A stretch of DNA of 64,000 bases from the human T2T-CHM13v2.0 reference genome, Homo sapiens: the NCBI RefSeq assembly GCF_009914755.1, contig NC_060930.1. The stretch is one strand, 5' to 3'. The notes below the pieces were generated by a model. The model was given only the letters and a program-made list of their open reading frames with translations, was not told where the DNA came from and searched no databases. Every line of letters begins with the position of its first letter. Position 1 is the stretch's first letter. The translations under genes were made by a program, and so were the position numbers. Positions 54,941-64,000 of this stretch are shown in pieces.

Positions 54941-56597
54941 CTTGTGCCTTTAGCTCTGGAGGAATATGGAGAGCTGGGGAAGAGGAGGGTGAACCGGGTC
55001 ACTGTAGAGAAGAGGAAAATGCCAGCGGCTCATGACCAGCTCTGCAAGGTGAGAGTTCAGTTCACTAGACTAGTCAAATAGGGTGGGGATTGGAGACAGA
55101 AAGAAACCCAATGCAAAAACTTAAATGGTCTGGCCAGACCGTCCATCTCTTTCTCTGAAAAAACACCTCTCGACGACCTGAGCAAAGGATAAGCAGCTAC
55201 ACAGGTGCTGATGCAGCCAGGAACAAAAACCCTAAGCTACTGTCTTGCAGAGGGTGGACCCCTGAAGAACAGCCATGGAACCAGTAAGAAGGGAGGTCAG
55301 GAAGGATGAAGGAAGCACAGAAAGTCAGCAAAATACCAAGCTCTCATGGTTAACAAAAAAAGCTGCACAGAAATGGAACAGTGAATTATGTAACCCAAAT
55401 GGTTTCCATTGTCAATGAAGTACTAAAACTGTGTTCTTCCAAACGAGGACTGTGGGAGGCGCTCTGCAGGAAGGCGAGACGGTGACTGGCTGCGGGGGGC
55501 TCCCATGGCAGCAGGTGAGCAGCACCAGGCTCAGCCTTGCTGTCAGGTGCACTCAGCAGACTGCCAAGGGGCCCGGGTTGCCCACAGTTGCTCTCAGACA
55601 AGGCTAAGAGAACATAAACAATCGTTATTAAACATCCCTATGCTAATAGCATGACTCTGTATTTATCCAGCACTCTGCCAAGAGCCCAAACCTTTATCCA
55701 GGACACCAGAACAGTTGATCTTAACACCTTTGAACAGATGGAAACTGCACAAATGGGAGAAGCAGGAATAGAAAAGAAAACTATACCTCTTACGTGCTAA
55801 CCTTGGCCCAGAAAGGACATAATGTGTAAGGGGGAACTGTCAAGAGAAAAATTGCAATCTCTTCAGAAGCCAATGTACCTTTAATTTCAAAAGTACAACT
55901 GAGTACCATTTTCTAGACAGATGATTCCCCACTTCATATCTCTTGCTGTTCTTTGGATAACTTCTGTTATTTCTCTTCCATCTGTTATTTTCATTTATTT
56001 CAGCTAGATTTTTCCAAATTGGAGGATCTTATTTTGGGAACGATGTATTCCAGAAATGTTACCCCATTTAAAAAGAATGATTGTTTTTTTGCAACTTGGA
56101 AGAGTATTTTCTGGGTCCAGGAGTCAAGTATATTTTCTAGTTTCAGAAATTAACAGGCTTTTTAAAATTTTTTCAGAAACTTGCAGCCGGATCTCCTTAC
56201 CCAGCCCCAGGGAGAGTAGCGGGTTTGGCCATCCTCGTGCTGCCCCCTGGAAAGGGTCACACTCGCATATTTTTCCCAGAGCACTTCAAGTCCCCCTTGA
56301 GGAAGGTCTTCCATGAGTCCTAAAGCTCCATCTGAGATTTTGGCAGGCAAGGGAACTGAAACACAAATAAGTAGGTATCTGTGCTATATCCAAGGAGCCA
56401 GCTCTCAACAGAAGGACCAGAACTTTCGTCAGAAAAGCAGGGAGAAGGAAAAGAGGAGGCAATGTATGCATGCACCTGCAGGGTGCAAAAGAGAGGGAGG
56501 GGAGGTTGTGGGAGAAAAGGAAGGGCCCGGGAATGAAGAGGTGCTGCAGGTTCACTCAAAAACCCAAGAGACAGGAAGAGACACTAAAAGGACTCAA

Positions 56598-56890
56598 GGC
56601 CAGGCATGGTGGCTCACGCCCAGCAGTTTGGGAGGCCGAGGCATGTGGATCACCTGAGGTCAGGAGTTCGAGACCAGCCTGGCCAACATAGCAAAACCCC
56701 ATCTCTAATAAAAAAAAAAAATTACAAAAATTAGCCAGGCATGGTGGTGCATACCTGCAATCCCAGCTACACGGGAGACTGAAGCATGAGAGTGACTTGA
56801 AGCCAGGAGGCAGAGGTTGCAGTGAGATCTCACTACTGCACTCCAGCCTGGGCAATAGAGCGAGACTCTTGTCTAAATAAATAAATAAAT
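56598..56890 (+). mobile_element. AluS (L2 fragment follows to about 57380)
   Basis: Alu dimer with (taaa)n tail. Confidence 0.92.
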
Positions 56891-57714
56891 GGACCTAATT
56901 TCATACCCATAGGTGACATTTTCACTTTGATTCTTCTCCCAGATGTTACAATCTTAAATATATGAAACTGAAGATGTGCCACTTCTCTCAAGTGACTTGC
57001 TTAAGTCTCATCTGCCTCTTCTCTCAACTTACTTTGGCTCTACCTGTGATGGATTCCTACTGATTCCAAACGTGCCACGTGCCTTCCCATGAAGATGCTT
57101 TTGTATGTAATGAGCCTGCCTGGATGCCATTTGCTCTTTTCTGTGCCCGACAAACTCCTGCCCATCTCCACCAAGCCCACTGAAATGCTGTCTTCTCTAC
57201 GAAACCTTATCAGATTCCTGAACCAGAGCTGTTACGTGTTCCCCCCACTCGCTTTCTTGCATACGACTCACATCTCCCTTGTGGCACTCTTGACATTCCA
57301 TCTTAATTGTTCGTCTGTTTTCCCCATTGGACTGTGTTAACTCAGGAGCTCCATCAATACCGGAGGGTGGAATGAAGGGAGGTCAATCTTAAGGCCTCCA
57401 TTCATGGTGGGTCAATGTGCTTTATAGTAAAGGATAACACAGCCTAGAATTGAACAGGGCCAAAAGCAAGTTGCCTTGATTAGCTCTCTCACAAGGTGTT
57501 ATTGTGGTGGCAATGTCTACATAGACAGTCATGAAGTAGCTCTGTCCTCATTCAACTTGGTGGAAAAATCTTAAGACTCAGACCCAAGAGACACCATTAA
57601 CTGATGAGGTGACGTTCTAAAATCCACTTACCCTCAGTTTTCTCACCTGTCAATGTCATTAGTGCTATTTCCTTCACCTTTGCTCATGCATTTTTGAGGT
57701 TAAAAGAATAAACT

Positions 57715-58201
<487 letters not shown>

Positions 58202-58451
58202 CTACAAGATCTAAGAACATAGTTTGAAAACCTCTGCACAAATGCCTTCATACTCATTTGTCCAGGCCACAGTGAAAACAGGCAAATATCTGCACTGGAG
58301 ATGAGCAAACTTAGGGGAGTAGTCCCATGGAAAAAATAATAATTATTATACACTGCTTGTATCTCATGAGAGCCACAAATTAACCATCTTAATCCCTAGT
58401 CAAGGAAACCTGTAAAAAGAGCATATATGTTAATTATAAAATAAGGCTGCA

Positions 58452-58802
<351 letters not shown>

Positions 58803-59133
58803 CTAATAATATAGTCAGAAAACCCATTCAAATGAACGACCAATACCAGCACAGGCATATCCTGACTCAGAGCTCTTTAGAGTCCTGCCATCCCAGGCTC
58901 TGCCAACCCTTGAACTCTCAAAACACTCAAAAAGATTCCCACAAGTCAGTGTGGAAACAGTTGTTCTGAGGGACCAATTCCTGCTCTATAGGCAGCCAGT
59001 GTTTAGATACACAGAAAAGTCCTGATTTGCCATTGGAATACAGCCAAGGTACAGGAAGAATCAAGCCCTAAATAAATGAGAAGAAACTTTTCTAAGATTA
59101 GGTTTTATCTTCTCTTTAGTCAATGTAGTCAGG

Positions 59134-59498
59134 CATCTTCGTTTATTGCAGCTGCTATCACAAAATACCATAGACTGGGTGGCTTATAAGCAACAGAAAT
59201 TTATTTCTCACAGTTTTGGAGGCCGAGAAGTCTAAGATCAAGGTGCTGGCAGATTTGGTGTCTGGTGAGGTCCCCCTTTCTGCTTCATAGATGATGCCTT
59301 CTGGCTGTATTCTCACATGGTGGAAGGGGTGAGGGAGCTCTCTGGAGCTTCATTTATAAGGACACCAATTCCTTCTATGAGAGCTCGACCCTCATGACCT
59401 AACCACCTCCAAAAGGCCTCACCTCCTAATATCATCATATTGAAGATTAGGTTTCAATATATGAATCCAGGGGAGAAACAGACTTACAGACCACAGCA
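59134..59498 (-). mobile_element. MLT1A/MSTD-like LTR
   Basis: aaataccatagactgggtggctta.. ; TSD tcagg. Confidence 0.85.
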
Positions 59499-59904
59499 TC
59501 AGGTAACCACTTCCTTTGCCTGATGTGAGCTGAAGGCATCTTTTGGTCAATATTAAACACTGTGCTATGTGAATCAGGAATATTGAGGCAAAACAAACTA
59601 CGGTACTTGTTAAACTTACTATTGGGATGAGGAAGAAGTTTCCTCTCCCATGATGAGATAATTTTGTGTAAACTTAAAAAAAAATTATTCCAAACATAAA
59701 GGAGGAAAGTTAAGAGGATCTACCCCAAGCTCATAAATTCTACTTTATTTTGAATTCTGTTGTAGTACTTTCATATTTTCATGCAGAAAATCTAATCAGC
59801 TGCACAGTGCACACTAAAATATAATACATTTATATGTGGCTTTCTCATACACAAATTGAGACATCGACTGACTAGGTCAGTGCAGTAATTAAAAATCTTA
59901 CCGA

Positions 59905-60224
<320 letters not shown>

Positions 60225-61152
60225 GAATCTAGGATCTTCATTCTCCATAATACCTGAATCATTTAGGGTTTGGTTTGGCTATGTGTGACAGAGGAAAAAA
60301 AATAGATTGAAAACAGTGGCTTAAACAAGATAGAAAGTTTTTTTCTCTGTCATGTGAATGAGGCCCAGAGGTGAGCTGTCTGGGCTTATTTAGCACCCAG
60401 GGTCTTTCCAGCTCACCTTCCTCATGCCTCACCTTCAGAATCCAAGATGGCTAAATCCATCTTCAAGGCAGCAAGTCAGAGGCAGTGATGGAGAGGAAGA
60501 GAGCAAAGGTGCATGCCAGCTGTCTCTCATGACTGTTTTTCAAAACCTGCTGTGGATACTTTTGCTTTCCTGCCATTGGCCACGATCCCTGATTGGCAAT
60601 TGTGAAATATCACAATTAAGTGGTCTACTAGGGAGTGCTGCCACGCTGTACTAGAAAGGTGACATAAATTATAAAATCAGAAAAATGCTGAAGTCCGAAA
60701 CACCAAGTTTTTCAGAAAAGCGAGAGTGGAATGCTATTGACAAATTTTCATAGAAGTCTAGCGGTATCTAAGGATAAGATTATTACTAAGGTTATCTATT
60801 GTTCTACTATCTAGATCTTTCCACTCCACTTTCAAATTATGCATCGTGGTAATAGGTATGACGTCTCTAACTTCCTTTCAGATCAACACCTCTCAAATAT
60901 GGTGTCCATCACGCACTGAAAATCATTGCAATCAGGCTATTGAGTGTGCCACCAGTAATTTGAGTATAAATCCCCCAGTAGTAAGAAAAATTCGACAACT
61001 AAAAGTATATCTTCTTAAAAGGAGATTGAGATTTGAAAACACAATATCCTTGTGTTCCAGATGGGAATATTTTAGAGATTCCCTTCAATTTTACCAAAAT
61101 AAAGTAGACATTCTTTCCTGGTACAGAGAGCTGAGGTGTCAATAAAGAGCTA

Positions 61153-61515
<363 letters not shown>

Positions 61516-62599
61516 TTATTTAGAGTAGAATATTGTATTCTCTGGGGGCCTCAGAGGCAGTTGAATTTGAAATTCTGAGATGCTCTTATAAGGCGTCCAT
61601 TTTCAGTGTCCAGTTTTAAGATTTTTGTTCCCTGCTTTGTAATATTTTTTGTAGGTTCTCTCCAGGCTTTCAGTTAAGTGTACCAGAAGTGTGGCTCAGC
61701 CTGGGAATTCAGCTACAAGGCGTCAGAGCCTGACCAGCCTAGAGAAAAATAGGGCAGGGTTGGGTACCAAACAACAGTGACCAAACTGGTCAGGGACAAG
61801 AGGGAGGTTTGCAGGAACACAAAGGCCTTCGTCAGAGAGTCCCAGAGCGTTCTGAAGTTTCAGACAGCACCTACTAAACGTTAGTGACTGCCTAAGTGAT
61901 GAAAGGAAAGAGAAAGGTACCACGGTATTGCAGCTGAGATTGAGACTGGATACACACCGTGACTGAATTTGAAAAACCAGTTGATGGTGATCTGCCTCAG
62001 TCTCTTGCCTACCTGCTTCTCGGCCTGTCCCTCCCTGGGGACCAATGGTGAATCCTGAGAAGAAAAAGGCATTGTCCTTATAGCTACACAGAACACAGGA
62101 AGCTTCTGGCACATGTAACTCAGGATAGTGCAAACATGTGAGGACCTTGAAGATTGGAAGCCCCAGGATATAGCACCCTAAGCAATGGCACTGTCTCCAT
62201 GAGAGTATCGGCAGGAAGACTGGTGATGAGGGGACTTCCTCAAAAAGAAGGCATTGCCACAGGTCCAAGAAATATCAGGACAAGACTCAGTCAGGAATAC
62301 AAAGGTCAACCAGAAAAATCTATGTTCATGCTGTTAGCGCACGCTGTCCTCTGAAACCTAGTAAGGAATATGATGTTGTAAGGGACTATTAAGGTCACCA
62401 AATATGAAGGGTTCAGTCAACTATGATGGGAACACACAGTGGAGAAAACATGTGAATCATGACAGAGCACTATGAAGTGCTAAGTGAGGCAGAGACCAAA
62501 TCCTCTGAGAACAGAGGAGAAGATACAATGGACAACACGCAAGGCATGAGATGGGGGAGGCCTCCAGGAGGAGGCAACATTTGAAAGCAGAGATAAGTG

Positions 62600-62873
62600 C
62601 CCAGCACTTTGGGAGGCCGAGGCGGGTGTATCACGAGGTCAGGAGATCGAGACCATCCTGGCTAACACGGTGAAACCTTATCTCTACTAGAAATACAAAA
62701 AATTAGCTGGGCGTGGTGGCGGGCGCCTGTAGTCCCAGTGGGAGGCTGAGGCAGGAGAATGGTGTGAACCCGGGAGACGGAGTTTGCAGTGAGCCCAGAT
62801 CGCACCACTGCACTCCAGCCTGCGCGACAGAGCGAGACTCCGTCTCAAAAAAAAAAAACAAAAAGAAAGAAAA
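62600..62873 (+). mobile_element. 5'-truncated AluY within an L2 fragment
   Basis: Starts at cccagcactttggg; TSD aa(a/g)gcagagataagtg. Confidence 0.93.
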
Positions 62874-64000
62874 GGCAGAGATAAGTGAAAAACAAAGTCA
62901 GCATCCACATGGAGTCGACATCCTTAAGAGAGAGACAAATGTGCACTCGGGTGCAGGGGTTTCACAGAGCCAAAAAGTAGATGAAAGAAGCTCACAGTGG
63001 AAGGACGTGGGGTGGCCGCAGGGGGAGATACTGCCTAATTCGCATCAGAAAATCATCATGATCACCACTGTGATTCAGAAAGATCACTCCTCCAGCAGTG
63101 TCATGGAAACACTGGAGAGATTCTACCAGGGAGACAAGTTAGAAAACCATTTCAAGGATACAGGTGGGAGTCAAGGCCAGAACTAGGAGTACTCTGCTTA
63201 TTCCAAGTCACAAAACAGACCATTTCCTCACTTACGTCTCCATTCCCACCCCCTTGTACTGGGCACCTCTGGAGACATCTTCAAAACACTTGTTTCATTT
63301 GTTTTCCTAAAACTGAAAAAAAAAATATGCGAACAATCTGTAGTGGCAATCTATCATTTTCATAAAGGCTCAAAGTCAAATGTGGGTTGTGGGGGTGGGG
63401 GATGGAGATCCTACAGATGCAATTTTCTGTTGAAAGGCCATTTGAAGAAAACTGAAATTCGTGGTGAAGGAAGAAGTGTTCTGCTTAACAGTTTTAAGTT
63501 TCCTATGGGCCTTCCTGAGTCATCAACTGACTCATTCCACCTGCTGAATTTTATTATTAATTCAAAAAAAATTCTGATAACAATAGAGTCGAAATTATAT
63601 TGCATGTTTTGATTTCTTTCCTCCCATTGCATAATTCTCCAGTTTTGCCCACATTTTGGCAGTTACTCTCACTACCCATGCAACAATGAGAAACATTCGT
63701 TTAAAAATATTTCCAACCCCCTCATGTTCACATGACATTGTTTCAATTCTAACTTTTTTTCAGTTCTTATATAAGATCCATTGCTATCTAATATTAGATC
63801 ATTGTATTACATGTGACATACTTCTAATATATGGTAGGAGTTTGACAGATCCTTGATTTGGTTCTTCTCTAAAGCCAAAAAACAAAAACAAAAGGAGCAT
63901 TTTGTATATGAATGATCAGTCCCAATTTAAGTGCTTGTTAGATTTGTTTTTTAGTTAAAATTTTGTTACTTTGAGAAGAAATATATTTATTGCAATTATT

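Noticed and set aside
61723-62268. 181-aa minus-strand ORF
   Set aside because: No recognisable domain or splice context; the region looks like an old LTR-type or unique non-coding sequence that I could not classify.
62713-63186. 157-aa ORF and similar Alu/L1/LTR-derived ORFs across the window (e.g. 435..797, 4776..5153, 41175..41471)
   Set aside because: Translations of Alu, L1 ORF2 remnants or MaLR LTRs, not genes.

Overview
Primate (very probably human) genomic DNA, AT-rich and dense in repeats (Alu J/S/Y, L1PA/L1M, L2, MIR, L3/CR1, THE1/MLT LTRs, MER/Tigger DNA transposons). I found no intact protein-coding gene, RNA gene or CRISPR array, and almost all ORFs in the track are repeat-derived or chance. 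Two non-obvious fossils stand out, both on the minus strand. (1) At about 30.2-32.1 kb, possibly extending down to about 29.0 kb, is a decayed endogenous bornavirus-like L (RNA-dependent RNA polymerase) gene fragment (EBLL). It runs collinearly from the end of the RdRp domain through the capping/PRNTase domain into the connector region. (2) At about 1.7-19.2 kb is a compact, intron-containing dead gene of about 20 exon-like segments. These have canonical splice signals and long runs of phase-compatible junctions, many premature stops, and MER8, THE1 and Alu elements inserted inside exons. I cannot name the encoded protein. Smaller items include templated or fold-back insertions, local duplications and nested transposons. 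All protein similarities come from my own translation and recall of the families, not from database searches. Repeat subfamily calls and old-repeat boundaries are approximate.
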